Shown: positions 12,658 to 25,100 of the stretch, one piece after another
How the letters are laid out: every line of letters begins with the position of its first letter
Position numbering within the stretch: position 1 is the stretch's first letter
DNA from: Podarcis muralis
Lineage: Eukaryota
Length of the DNA: 64,000 nt
Assembly: GCF_964188315.1 (NCBI RefSeq)
Contig: NC_135655.1
Coordinates: forward strand, 49,910,001 to 49,974,000
Reading direction: 5' to 3'
The notes under the pieces: model-generated
What the model saw: only the letters and a program-made list of their open reading frames with translations
Database searches by the model: none
Told to the model about the DNA's origin: nothing
Translations under genes and position numbers: made by a program

Positions 12658-13174
12658 TACTGGTCTGCCTAATTAGAATGGCTGCAATAGTCACACCAGT
12701 CTAAAGACAGGATTAAACATCATCATCATCATTTTATTATTTATACCCCTGTTCCACAGGGAGGGCCCCACTACCCAGAAGGCCCTGGAGGGCCTTCTAC
12801 CTCCATGAGAGCCTGGAGGTAGCAAAAAGGGACCCAAGAAAAGTGGAGGTGAGGGAGAAGGATGTGAACAAACTGGGGGCTGTACGTGTGGAGGATGAGT
12901 GTCACAGAACTGCTAGGCAATCAGAAAAGAAAATACCTGAATGAACCTTAAGATAGAAAGAAGAGTGGATTGAAATGGCATCCTGCTGTTGTTTAAGAAT
13001 TACAAGACACATCTGCCCATTTCCAGCTGGAAAGGAGTAGTAATAACACCCAGGAGCTACAGGAAAGTTGGTGGAGAGGAAGGAAGACAGCTCAAAATCA
13101 CAGGAGGACCCAAAGACAAAAACAGAGTTGTCCTGTTTCCAGGCATTCCTAACCCTGTGGCTGCCTCTGTGCAG

Positions 13175-13303
13175 TAGGGATGGGAACCTGTGACCTCCAG
13201 ACGTTGTTGAACTACAATTCCTACCATCCCAGGGAATGCTGGCTGGGGCTGACGGGAGTTGAAGTTCAGCAGTAATTGCAGGACCATAGGTCCCCCATCC
13301 CTG
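13175..13303. mobile_element. Short hAT-type MITE; related fragments near 170-250, 3960-4020, 11627-11757, 18520-18650 and 44270-44400
   Basis: TIR TAGGGATGGGAACC / GGTCCCCCATCCCTG, 6/8 TSD, shared core gttgttgaactacaa/tcccatc. Confidence 0.65.
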
Positions 13304-14604
13304 CTGTATAGCAACATACTTTGCTAGGTAATAAAAAGATTCACAGGCCCCAACACATATTTATATACTGTATGTTGAATTGTATGTACAGATGCAAGTT
13401 AAGATGGTGGAGGCTGGAATGGCACTGTGCTTTGTAAGCAAAGGTATTAAAACAGTTTGAGAAGAGGGGCAGGAGATCTGGGGCCCAGTACAAAACACCC
13501 AGGTTCAGCACCCTCAGGCCATCTCCTAAAGACATCTACAGTATCTCTGATACAAAGTCAGCCACAGGGTTAGGAAAACCTAGAAGCAGGTTTTCAAGTA
13601 TAACTGCTGTGGGATAGGACAACAATTTTCAATGAGGGCATAGGGGAAGTACACAGGGGAAGGGTTAACTCTCCTGCCTCCAGCTGCAACCCTCACAAAC
13701 CAAAAATTTCCCACTGAGCAGCAATTGGGCTTAAAAATAGCTTCCATTGGCACTAATGGAAACCCTTTTTAAAGTCTAATTACTGCACAGGTCAGATAGG
13801 GAAGCTCCCGTAGGCCATATCTGGCTTGCAGGCCAGCAGCTCTTACCCCTGTTGCATAAAGTACAGATTTGCCCAACACACGGATCTACTAAATGGAAGG
13901 GAGAACTAACTTAGGAAGGGCTGGATCAGACCAAAGGTCCATCAGGTCCAGGGTTCTAGCAGTGGTCAGCCTGATGCTGAGAAGCAGACAAGTGTGGTAT
14001 GAAAGCAAAATCCCTTTCCCACTGTTTGTCACCAAATGAGGGTATTAAAAAAAAAAATAGCCAGCTGAAACACAATCAAAATACAGGTTAAACAAAGAGC
14101 TGGAGATAAAACAAAATGTCTGTTTAAATGAAAAGGGGGTTGCCTGCTGGTGGAAGGCCACTAACAAGATAAATAGATAAGTGACACTTCCTTGGTAAGG
14201 AGTTCCAAAGTCTGGCTACAGCCCCTGAGGAGGCTTTTCTCAAATTCCCATCAAATGCACGTCAGATAACCTAGTTTATGGGAGGAAACTAATTGCATAC
14301 TGGAAAATTAGGTTTGCGCAACTAAAGTTGATTTAAAGTGCTCTGGTGCAACAAATCTACTTTAAGAACAACAACAGACTTTTGCAGTCAGTAAAATGAG
14401 TGGGAAATGCAAAGATGGGGAAATGCACTAAAAAAGTGTAGGATTAATGGGAAGACATTTAATCACTCTGCAAGCAACTCAAAATGAATGCAGGATGAAT
14501 ATTCATTGTCATAAAATCTTCTCACAAACAAATCAGAATGAATGCTCAATGAAGACCAGACATCGTCTAACATCAGTTTGTCTGGTGCAAGAATATCAGG
14601 ATGG

Positions 14605-14999
14605 ATTGTGGGCACCACAATTTAAGAAGGCTATTAACAAGCTGAAACGTGTGCAGAGGGTGACCAAGATGATCAGATGTCTGGAAATCTAGCCTTATGA
14701 AGAACGGTTGAGGGAGCTGCGTATTTTTGGCCTGAGAGGAGATATAAGAGCCATCTACAAATATCTAAAGTGCAGTCACATGGAGGATGGAGCAAGCTTG
14801 CTTTCTCCTGCTCCAGATGCTAGGACCCAAACCAGTGGCTTCAAGTTACAAGGAAGGAGGTGGTGGACTCTCCTTCAATGGAGGATTTAAAGCAGAGGTT
14901 GGATGGCCATCTGTCATGTATGATCTAGTTGAGATTCCTGCATTGTAGGGGGTTGGACTAGATTACCCTTCGGATCCCTTCCAACTCTACAATTCTATG
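14605..14999 (+). mobile_element. CR1 3' fragment
   Basis: WAPQFKK..KLKRVQR remnants and a ccttccaactctacaattctatg tail. Confidence 0.85.
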
Positions 15000-15357
15000 T
15001 TACTCTGGGTGCTGAATAAACAGGTGGTTTTATGGAGCTCCAAGTGTCTGGGTTCATTCAGAGCACTGCTGCTTGTTCCACAGCTTGGTCAACTAGAGTC
15101 AGCTACCATAATGTACATGGAATTGATTTTGGTACACAACATATGCCAAACAAAGGTTGGTCACCACTTAATGTAAGAAGAGAACCCTGCTGGATCAGAC
15201 CAAAGGTCCAGAATACCCTGCATCCCACAGTGGTCTACAAAATGTCTCTGGGAAACCCTGAAACAAGTTACTGTTATTTGCTTTTTTCCAGAAAAGTGAA
15301 ACTCAAAATGACTTACAAAAGTGAGTTATAAAACATGGATTGAAAATAACCTAGAGT

Positions 15358-15358
<1 letters not shown>

Positions 15359-15392
<34 letters not shown>
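15359..15392. repeat. (TG)n microsatellite
   Basis: Direct reading. Confidence 0.95.
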
Positions 15393-15394
<2 letters not shown>

Positions 15395-15399
15395 TCCAG

Positions 15400-15830
15400 G
15401 TGAATAACAATGTTTTTACCAGGCCCGTAAAAACAGATAGTGATGGGGCTAGGCATACCTCCCTGAGGAAAGCATTCCATAAATGAGGAGCCACCACTGA
15501 AAAGTCCCATCCTCATGTTGTCACCCTTTTTACCTCCCACAGAAAAGAGCATGCAGGATCCAAATCGCTTCATGTGGGGAGAGGCAGTCCTTGAGGTATT
15601 GGGGTCCTGAGGCTATATAGGTCAAAACCACCACTTTCACTTGATCACAGAAACTGATTGGTAGCCAATACAGTTTTGACAAGATTTTGCTCAGATTGTC
15701 TTCCCCTGGTGAGCAACTTGACCACTGAATTCTGCACCAGCTGCCATTTCTGAACTGTCTTCAAAGGCAGCCCCACATATAACTCATTGCAGTAATCTAA
15801 CCCAGAGGTTACCAGGGCACAGACAACAAA
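15400..15830 (-). mobile_element. L2 LINE fragment
   Basis: Translation LVTSGLDYCNELYVGLPLKTVQKWQLVQN resembles the L2 ORF2 C-terminal region. Confidence 0.75.
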
Positions 15831-17069
15831 CGTTAGGGCTATGCCTGTCCAGTAGCCTTCCCCTACTGTTGCCCCCCACTGATATTCTAAGAAATACTGC
15901 CTCTGAAGATGAAAGTTCCTTTTAGCCATTATGGCTACTAGCCATTGTCCCCTATTTAAGCCTCTCAAATACAAAGACCAGGCCTCCAGCTAGCATCCAC
16001 ACATTGATAGCTGGTTAATATCTGCATCTTACAATCTTCCATATTTAACCTTGCCTCTCCGCTTAAATATTAATTTCTTCTCTGACATTTCTTGGTGAGT
16101 AAAGTGCAACACAATTCCAACTCCAGGGAGATAGACAGATAAGGCCACCTACTGAGATCACGACTGAGCAAAGAGTTCACGGCTGGTTTCCTAGGCTGAA
16201 GCAGAAGCCGTGTGGTTCTATTTCCAGCCTTGCAAATGGTGGTGCATGTTTTGGTGGGTCCTGGGCAAAACACCATCATCAATCATTTGTGTCCTCTTTT
16301 CCTGATGGGGCTTTTCACACCAACCTCCTAAAAGCTCATATAGACAAGAAGCTGACCGCACAAAGGCATATCTCTCCAAGTCTTGTGAGCTCCCTAGTGA
16401 AAGGAGTGTCAAAGTTTTTAAACTGCAAATAGTGATGACTACTATATACTGTATAGGAAAATAGAAATCTGCCTGATGCTGAGACTGAACTACTGATCCA
16501 TCTAGCTCAGTACTGTCAATATGCTGACTAGCAGCAACTCTCCAGGGTTTCAGAAAGCGAGTCTCTCCCAGCCCTATGCCAGGACCTTCTGGATGCAAAG
16601 CAGCTGTTCTACCTGTGCACTATGGCCCTTCTACAAGAAGACAAATGCACCTGCACACTGTATGCCATGCCCCTTTCATTGACCGAAAGCCACAAGGGAA
16701 CAGACATCTTCCTGCACATGTCATGTGATAAGATGTTGCTGAAGAAGTGTTTTCTCTCCAACACCCAATGTTCACCCTTCTTTCTCTCCCACCTGGGCCT
16801 GAATGAGTGAAAATTTACTCAGAAGCCCCACTGTGTTAAAAAAAGGTTTACTCCCAAGTAAGTGAATGTCTTTCCAACTGCAGTGTAAATCGTATAGCAA
16901 CTCAAAGGCATGTGTTTTGTACAATCACTAGTGCTAGCGTTCCATCCCTAAATGTCTTGGAAAGCGGAGAAATTACACTCCTTTTAGCCAATCTCCCTCC
17001 CTTTTTTTAAATATACATCCAAAAATGGGGGATCCGAATGTGCGCATTCATTTATCTCTTTTAAGCCAT

Positions 17070-17900
17070 TTTTGAAAATGTTTCTTTCCGCAAATCGGAC
17101 AAGTAAAGCAGTTCTTTACTTGTGCTTCCGTAACACTGCAATCAAACAGCAATCCGGGGGAAGAAAAGCACCAAGCGCCCTCTTTATCGCCACGCATCTA
17201 GACGCATGTGTGTACGCTGCCCGAGCGCCAACAGGTGGTTTGACGCCGGTAGCTCGAGTTTGGCGCCGCCACGAAGGGGAGCGCAGAGCAGCGGCGGGAC
17301 GCGGCGGCCGAAGCCCCTCGGTGGGTGAAAATGCGCTCTCTCCAGCGGGCGCCACCAAACTCCCCGGTTGCCCAGGGCGATCGCGTAAAGAAAGAAGTTA
17401 CCCGCGTCAGCAACAGCAGCTCCAGGCGCGCCGGCAGCCCCGGAAGCGGAGGCGACAGGGCAACCAGAAGCCCCCCTCTCGGGAGAAAGAGGGGCAGGTC
17501 GGGAGCAGGCAGCGAGCTCCGGCCCCCCGGGAAGGCCCACGGCAACCGGGCGAGGGAGCGATCAGACAGCGCCGAGCGCGCGAAGCTCAACGGCGCGCTG
17601 TTGACTTCGGGCTGGCGAGAGCCGCTCCGCGCGAGTTGCAGTGATGTAATGTCAGCAAGAGCAGCAGCAGCAGCCTCCGAGTCACATGCCTGAACTTTCC
17701 CCAACTCCACCCCCTGGTGTTCCTTTCGCCCCCTCCGATTTCTACATCCTGGCGGCGTGGTGTGCATGAGAACCCAAAACACAAGGGAAGAAGCCCCTCC
17801 TTCTGCACGCCGAATGCTTTGCTTGCGAGGATCATTTGTTCGTTCCACCTTTTTATACCGCCCTTCGTCAGAAACATACCGGGGCGGTGTACAGAAGTTG
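17070..17900. promoter_or_regulatory. CpG island, probable upstream promoter/first exon of NR1H3 (LXR-alpha) on the - strand
   Basis: Dense CpG/GC. Minus-strand donor candidate CGG|GTAACT near 17400. Gene identity rests on amniote synteny only. Confidence 0.5.
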
Positions 17901-19319
17901 TAACATAGGCATGATTATTTATGGACTTTTTTTTTAAGGGATCCTGCGCAACCCAAAGCCTTGCTACATTCCCCACAGGGTCTGCCTCTTAAAAAAAGTA
18001 GTATCACAGTCTGAAATCGTTTGGAGCCTGTTTGGGATCGACATAGCACCCCTTGTCCCAAGCTTCGCTGGGAGGTCAGCGGACTATTCCACACCAATCC
18101 ACCAGCCAGCTAAGCCGGCGTGTTTACGGATAAAGGCAGCTGGCAGCCTTTGCTGTCAGTGGCTGGAGGGCCCAGCGGACGAAATGCCACCCTGTACTTA
18201 AAGGAATAGGGATATGGCTGCTCTCCAGATGCTGTTGCCTGCAGCTCCTCCACCATTGACCATGCCGGCTGGAGCTGGTGGGAGATGCAGTCCAACAACC
18301 TCTGGAAGGCTGCAGGTTTGCTGCTCGGTGCTCTTCCTCGACTGGCAATGTATAGCAGGTTGCAAATAGCAGCGCACGCAAGGCAAGCATAGGAACATAG
18401 AGAGCTGCCTTATTCTGAGTCGGAACATTGGGAGCCCTTAGCCAGGGCCAGCCCACCCATGAGGCAAGGTAAGGCAACCGCCTCAGGTCTACAGGGGTGG
18501 CAGATCCTGCCTCCTAGGAATTCATGTGGCCCTTCAGATACTGTTGTCCTCCAACTCCCATCAGCCCCAGCCAGCATGTCCAATTGTCAGGATGATGGGA
18601 GCTGTAGTCTAGCAACACATGGAGGGCCTCAGATTCCCTATCCCTGCATTAAACCACACTGTCACTTATTTTAAATCACTTTATCTAAAACACCAAAGGG
18701 TGTGTGTAAGTGTGAGTGTGAAGGAATTCCCCCACGCTCTCCCTAAATGGCAACCCCCTGGAGAAGTATAGGAACGCAGGCAGAAAGATGTCCAAAGATG
18801 CTTCTGACCATCCATTTGCCCCAAAGCAGGATTCTCTAAATGTCACCTTCCACCTCTCAAGAGATCTGCAGACTTTTGAAAAGAGACATTCAGCTCTTGG
18901 ACCTGTTGGTCTTTGCTCTGGCTACATGATGATCCAGACAGCCCTCATCAGAGCATGGCTATGCTGAATAATACAATTAGACTTTTCAGAATTGTTGCCT
19001 TCCCCTTCTGCTTCACTCATACCAAGGATAAATGAGGAAAAGGCAACATGAGTGTGGCTGCAAAATTAAAACTATTTTGAAACATTACTGTTGACATATT
19101 AGGTGAGGAGAACCAACATTGCTTCAGGCTGGAATTCCATCCCTGTATACCTGGACGTATGTCCTACTGAACTCAACTGGGCTCACTTCTGAGTAGGCCT
19201 GCCTCAGATTGCACTATTATTAACAACAACACTGCTGTGTGGTCCTCCTCTCACAACATGCTGCTTCAATCTTCATTGGATGTTCTCTCTGGGGAAAGAT
19301 TTTGTCATGGGGCAATTCC

Positions 19320-19445
19320 CAGAGGCGTAGTAGCCGTGTTAGCATCTCACAGCAAAAACAACAGCCTTGTGGCACCTTAAGAAGTGCATTGTGGCAATAT
19401 GGCTTTAGATTTCATGGACTACAGTCCATTTCATCAGATACTTTA
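19320..19445. mobile_element. Penelope-like terminal fragment (related piece ~61990-62090)
   Basis: gtagccgtgttag...gtggcaccttaa...gactacagtccatttcatcagat pattern seen twice in the window. Confidence 0.5.
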
Positions 19446-19489
19446 GATACTTGAAGCATTATCCTGAGTTGGGGAGGGGGGATTGTAAA

Positions 19490-19910
19490 CACTCAAGGTC
19501 AAGGTTCTCATGTTAATGTACAAAGCCCATAATAACTTGGGTCCAGGATATCTGAAGGGCTGCCTGATCCCTGTTATCACTGTCATATCTATCATTGACA
19601 TCTCTGGAGGAGTCTCTCTAATGGTGGTCCTTGCAGGGTTCAGATGCATGGCTTGTAACTACCAGAAGCCATGCATTCGGTATGGTGGGACCTATCCTGT
19701 GGAACTTCTTCCTGAGTGACATTAGACAGGCCCCCTTCTTGCTAGACTTCAGGTGCTTAACAAGGACTTTCATGTTTCATCAGGCATTTTAAGGTAGCTT
19801 TCTGTCTGTAGGATGGATTTTACTTGTCTGTATTCTGTGTACAGCTCTTTTTAAACATTTGATGTACACCACTTAGAAATTATTCATATCAAATGGTTTA
19901 TAAATACTGT
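19490..19910 (+). mobile_element. L2 LINE 3' fragment
   Basis: KVLMLMYKAHNNLGPGYLK motif and decayed 3' end. Confidence 0.7.
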
Positions 19911-20473
19911 ACCAGAATATCTATATCTATGTACCGTTTGCACATTGCTTGTCACAGTGAAGTCATTAGTTTTACAAAAATTACCTATAAATGAAGGGGC
20001 TCTTCCTTCACATCACTTGGGGTGCTTAGGGCTCTGGGAAATGAATTGAAGTTGCACTCTCATTTTCCACCAGCAGGGGCTGGGAAAGACAGCTCGATTC
20101 CCACCTTTCAGTGGTGGCAACAGGAGCTCCAGCGAAGCAGGAGCAATAGTATGCAGCAGCCTTTGTCAACCTGGTGCCCTCCATATTTTCTGGGATCTGT
20201 GGATAAAGGGCGGAATACTACTACTAATAATACTAATACTACCAATAATAATGTTTTGGATGACAACTCTCATCACTCAGTATGGCTGTGTTGACTGGAG
20301 CTGATGGGAGGCAGTCAATTTTTCAAGGATTATCTTGTTTTAATAGTATTTTATATTTTATTGTATTAGTGTATATTGTTGTACACTGCCTTGCAAGATG
20401 GTATATAAATACACAGACACAAACATACATATAAATAAGCAATTTCACACTTGAGTGTTTTAGGAACTCCTGG

Positions 20474-20620
20474 CATGGGTGTTGCCAGGATTTTTGTTAG
20501 AGGGGTAAGGACTTTTTTGGGGGGTAGAAGTGACACGATTGGTCAGTTATTAAGTATTTCTATGGTTTTCCTTGATCTGGGGGGGCAGCTGTCCCCCCAC
20601 CCCCTTTTGCTACCCCCATG
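20474..20620. mobile_element. hAT-type MITE
   Basis: CATGGGTGTTGC / GCTACCCCCATG termini, TSD ACTCCTGG/ACTGCTGG (7/8). Confidence 0.65.
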
Positions 20621-20999
20621 ACTGCTGGCTGGATTCCATCTAGATCTCGTGATTTGTTAATTTTTCATTTGTTGCTAAAGCCTTCAACGGCTCACGTCAC
20701 CACTGTTGCATCAATTATGAATACTCGCTGCCCTACACCTTCTGGAGTGCAGACGATCACAAATAATCCATCCAGCTTTTCTGCAATCTCCTTAACCTTT
20801 TTAAGCACACCTTTAAATTTCCCTTCTCGTATTGTCCCACTGCCTCCCTAGCTGGCTTCTGCTTCTGGTGTATTAAATGTGTGTGTTTTTTTTAATTAAT
20901 TGATCTCACTGTTATAAGCAACATGTTCCTCGAATTCTGTTTTTAAACACCCCCCCCCCATTGCCTCGTTTCGCGTGGGCGTGTGCATGGGTTTGTGTC

Positions 21000-22100
21000 A
21001 ACATCTGTTCCCGTTTGGGCAAGACTTTCATTGTCTTGCTTTTAACAACTTCCTTGCCTCTGCTGTTTACCACGCCGGCATCTTCGTGCACTCGGTGGCA
21101 CCTTTCCCGATCTGCTGTATACTGTACAGTACTTTATTGTTATTATTGTTGCTGTTATTTTGCATACCCTTTGTGATCGTTGCAGGAAAACAGTTTCCGC
21201 GACCTCTCCAGGGACTTCCACTCCCTCTAGTGGCTCTTCAAAAATAACAGTAAAACACCCAGCCATTTCGCGATTGTCCCATTTCTAAGCAAAATCTCCC
21301 TCGGGGAGGGAACCCCCCCCCCGCTTAGTCAAGAGGTCACAAAGTTCAAGGGAATTTCTCAAGAGCCAATAGGCGAGATGGGCACCGGCAGCTTCGGTAG
21401 CTGATACTGAGCATGCTCGGGGGAGGTGGAGCATGCTCACTCCCTCTTTCCAAGGTACGGATGCCGAGCGAGGGAGCCTCGGCGCGGATAGGGAGCAAAG
21501 CCATGGAGGGTGGAAGGAAGCGGCGGAGCTGGCGAAGCGCCTCTTTCCCGCTGCTGCTGCTGAGTCTCGCCCTTGAGCTCGTCCTGCCGGTCGCCCAGGC
21601 TCGGAGCCTCCGCTTTGTTACCTTGGTGAGCAGCAGGAAAGGGAGGCAAGAAAAGAAAGAAAGGGATTAAGGGGGGGCGATCTTTTTTTTGGGGGGGGTG
21701 CCACGTGACACAAGGCTTCCCAAGCCCCAAATGGCCAGCAAGGAAAGGGAGGAAAATCTCGATCGGCCCTTTTTAAAACAACACCACACCCATGAAATTC
21801 GTGTTGAAAACAAGTGGCTTTTCTTCGCTGCAGGTTGCGCTTTGCAATCGAAGCAGAGATCGCGATTTCTCCGTTAAGAAAATAATCGAAAATTGCAAGG
21901 GTTTGGGTTTAATAATCATCATCATCCTCGCCCTAAGTGTTGGTATAGCAGGAGCCAGGGAGGACCCAAGAAGATCAGGGTGCTTGGTCCCCCCCCCCGC
22001 GCGCCACGTTGTTTCCTTGCTGCGTATCTCCCAGCCCCTTCGGCTATCTTGAGAGCCGGCAGCAGGGCTTGACAGCAACCTCGCCTCGCTTCAGGGTTGG
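21000..22100. promoter_or_regulatory. CpG-rich ACP2 promoter/exon 1 region with CCAAT (21366-21370), DR3 (21334-21348) and CLEAR-type E-box CCACGTGAC (21701-21709)
   Basis: CpG enrichment around the ACP2 start; motifs read directly from the sequence. Confidence 0.8.
21503..21625 (+). CDS. ACP2: ACP2 exon 1 (signal peptide, MEGGRKRR...ARSLRFVTL)
   Basis: Strong Kozak gccATGg, hydrophobic signal peptide, donor TTG|GTGAGC. Confidence 0.93.
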
Positions 22101-25100
22101 GGTGGAGCAAGAGTCCTAGTTATCTCTGGCCCCAGGCACAATGCATGGGAATTGGGCAAACAGGAGAGGTAGAGGACGCCAGCACCTGCTGGCTAACGGT
22201 GAACTATTTTGGTTTTCAGTTATACCGCCATGGAGACCGCTCTCCTGTGAAGGCATACCCCAGAGATCCCTATCAGGAAAGCGCCTGGCCTCAGGGATTT
22301 GGGCAACTTTCTCAGGTGGGTATCTCAGAAAAAGCGACCTGTGGGAAACTTTGAACCCCAAGGAAACACATTTCCCAAGAGGAGAATGCAGAACTATTTT
22401 CTTTGAAGATGAAATTGTGTCAAAACATGGCATGTTGTTATTTGTGGTGGTGGTGGGGTAATTCTCCATGCAGCTCCAGTCTGAGGTTTCCTCTTTTGCC
22501 ACTGCTGCTGCTGCTTTTCCTCTTGGGAGCTATTTTTAGTTCCGCTTTCCTTTTCTCTTTCCTACCCCAGGGAAATGACAGTCCCTTTTAAAATCAGATG
22601 AAGCAATAACTTTATGTAAAAGACAACAGTTTCCCCTGTTGTTTTTATAAAAGCAAATTATGTATAGCTTAACAACCTGCAAAACATGTTGCGGGGGGAG
22701 CGGGGGGCTGTGTCATTCATTTCAGAACAGATTTTGGTTAACATTTCCTGTGTCAGCAGTGGTCAAGCTGTAACTCTATTTGTTCTCATTTTCGTTGGTG
22801 TGTGGTTGTGCAAGCAAGCACAAAAACCTGCTTTGCTGTTAATTTGTTGCTGTTGATACGCGTAGGAAGGAATGCAGCAGCAGTGGGACCTTGGTCGAGC
22901 GCTTCGAGGGCGTTATGATGGATTCCTCAATTCCTCATACAATAGACAAGAGGTTAGTGCATTGTCGCAAATTGCTAGAGGTATCATGACCATGCAGTGT
23001 CCTCTTTGCCCTCCCTGTATTAAAATCTCTTTCCTCTCTCTTTCTAAATAAGCGGCTGAGGAAAATAATGGAACAACATGAAAGCCTGTTCTTTCAAATG
23101 GCATCTTCCGTGTAAACAGTTTGTCAAATCCCTGCTTGGCTTAAAATAGTAAAGGAACAATAAACAATTGCTGACCAGGGCAGTGATGTAAAGGAAAGTC
23201 AAAGGAATAAGATGGCATCTGAGATGGACTGAACTTTGTTTGGTCAAACAGGCCACTCAAGACAAAGGGAATCACACAGGACACAATAAGAGACTGGGGT
23301 ACTTGATAAGAGTATAGATCAGATGATTTTCTCCTGTTCTCATGCCAGTGGATGGACCTGTTTGAGTGTGTTTGTTGAAAAATCTCTTGAGAACTGTCAG
23401 GAATTCTCTGGTGAGTTGGCCTGTAGTTTTCCACTGCCTTTTTCTCAGCGATGAAAGCAGATAATGGAAGGCATGGCCCATGAACCAAATTCAGTTAAAT
23501 ACAACAGTAAGAACATCTCCCAAACCCTGTGATGCACTTCAGCTGTCAAGCAGGAATTTATGACGTCTGGCTTGCCTTGCCACATGCACAAAAACCTGCC
23601 CAACTGGATTGTCAACCACCTTCTGGGTGTTTTCATTTAACTTTGTCTCAGTGCCACTCAGTAAACAGTTTTAAATGTGCATAAAGGACAATGTGAAATG
23701 AAGCAATAGGCCTATTTTATTCCTGTTAGGAACATTGTTTTTATTTATTTATTTCTACATTTATATCCCACCTTTTCCTCCAAGGAGCTCCAGGTGGCAT
23801 ACACAGTTCTCCTTCCCCGTTTTATCTTCACAACAGCCCTGTGAGGTAGGCTAGGCTTAGGGACAGCAACTCGCCCCAGATCACCCAGGGAGCTGTCTGG
23901 CCGAGTGGGGATTTGAATCCTGGTCTCTCAGGTCCTAGTCTGGCAGTCCTAACTGTGGCACCGCTGGTGTGGTGTTATAGCATAGCATGACTCTTCTACA
24001 GCAGCAGCATACATTAGACAAAAGTGTTCTTCCTATGCAACAGCTTCTTGTAGGCCCTCAAATTTTCCAGTGAAAGCTACAATTTAAATGATGATGAAAG
24101 CTCTTCAGGAACATTTTTATTAGCCTCTGTGCCCATTCTGTTAGAGCTCAACCTAGGAAGGTAACAGCACTGCTGCTTTGGGGATTTCTTCCTGTGTCAG
24201 TTTTCAAGCTAAGTGCTGCTTCATGAGATGGGCCCTGCAGTTCCACCATGGTCAACTGTGGGCTCTCTTTTGTGTAACACCTCCAGGAGATTTGCATGCC
24301 TTGAAACACAGTTCTAGAAACTGTGATTGGCTGAGGCTTCCAGAAGTCTGCTTAGCACACCTAAAGAGCTCCACTAATGCTCTTTAGGTGTGTCCAAAAC
24401 GCAATCAATTCTTGTTGCAAGTGGGGTAATTGCTCTTTGGCTGCAATGTGTGAAGTGGCAACGAGACAGAGAACTGAAAGCCATCTCAACTCAGCCTGGC
24501 CACAGATCATCCCCCATATTATCCGCCTGCTGGCCCAGCCCAGGATGAATTCAGAGCAGGAGCCCTGCTTCTGTTGCCTTCGCTGCTCATGCCTTCTAAG
24601 GTGATGCCCTGCCAATCTGGGTATGCTGCATGTAACTTGCACATATTGCAGAGAGGATGTTTTCAAGCCCCACATCTTTGTCCTCTTGCCTGAATTAGAG
24701 TCATTGCTGACTTAGTGGCTGCACCTGGAAATACAGCAGTAGCGGCAACTGAAGAAGGTGTCAGAGGGAAAGTTGCAGAGGGTTTTCTCTTGTGACATGT
24801 AGCTTGGGCTTGCTCTGGAGCAATTTGCTCTCCAGACATCTATTGTTTCTTGGTGAAACAGCATGGTCAAGTGACTTCTATGGGGCTTGAAGGCAAGAGT
24901 CCTGGCTCTTGTACATGGGAGTAGGATTGAACACCTGTTGAGGCCTGAAAATTGTACATTGTTTTAAATTTGACTGTAAGTTGCTTTGGGTTGCCTTGGG
25001 CAAGATAAAGCAACCAACAAATGTAAATGAATGAATGAATGAACCTGCACCCCATTTCATATGCCTAGTAGAGTGGATATATGAACAAGCAGCACTTTTC

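Noticed and set aside
1-17000. Search for NR1H3 coding exons (KKGPAPKM, CxxC zinc fingers, LBD)
   Set aside because: None found. LVTGAAVPDP at ~7740-7780 resembles the LXR N-terminus only weakly and lacks a donor site, so no CDS is called.
17072-17976. Overlapping 118-216 aa ORFs on both strands
   Set aside because: This is a GC-rich CpG island with few stops; the translations are low-complexity Arg/Ala/Pro/Gly
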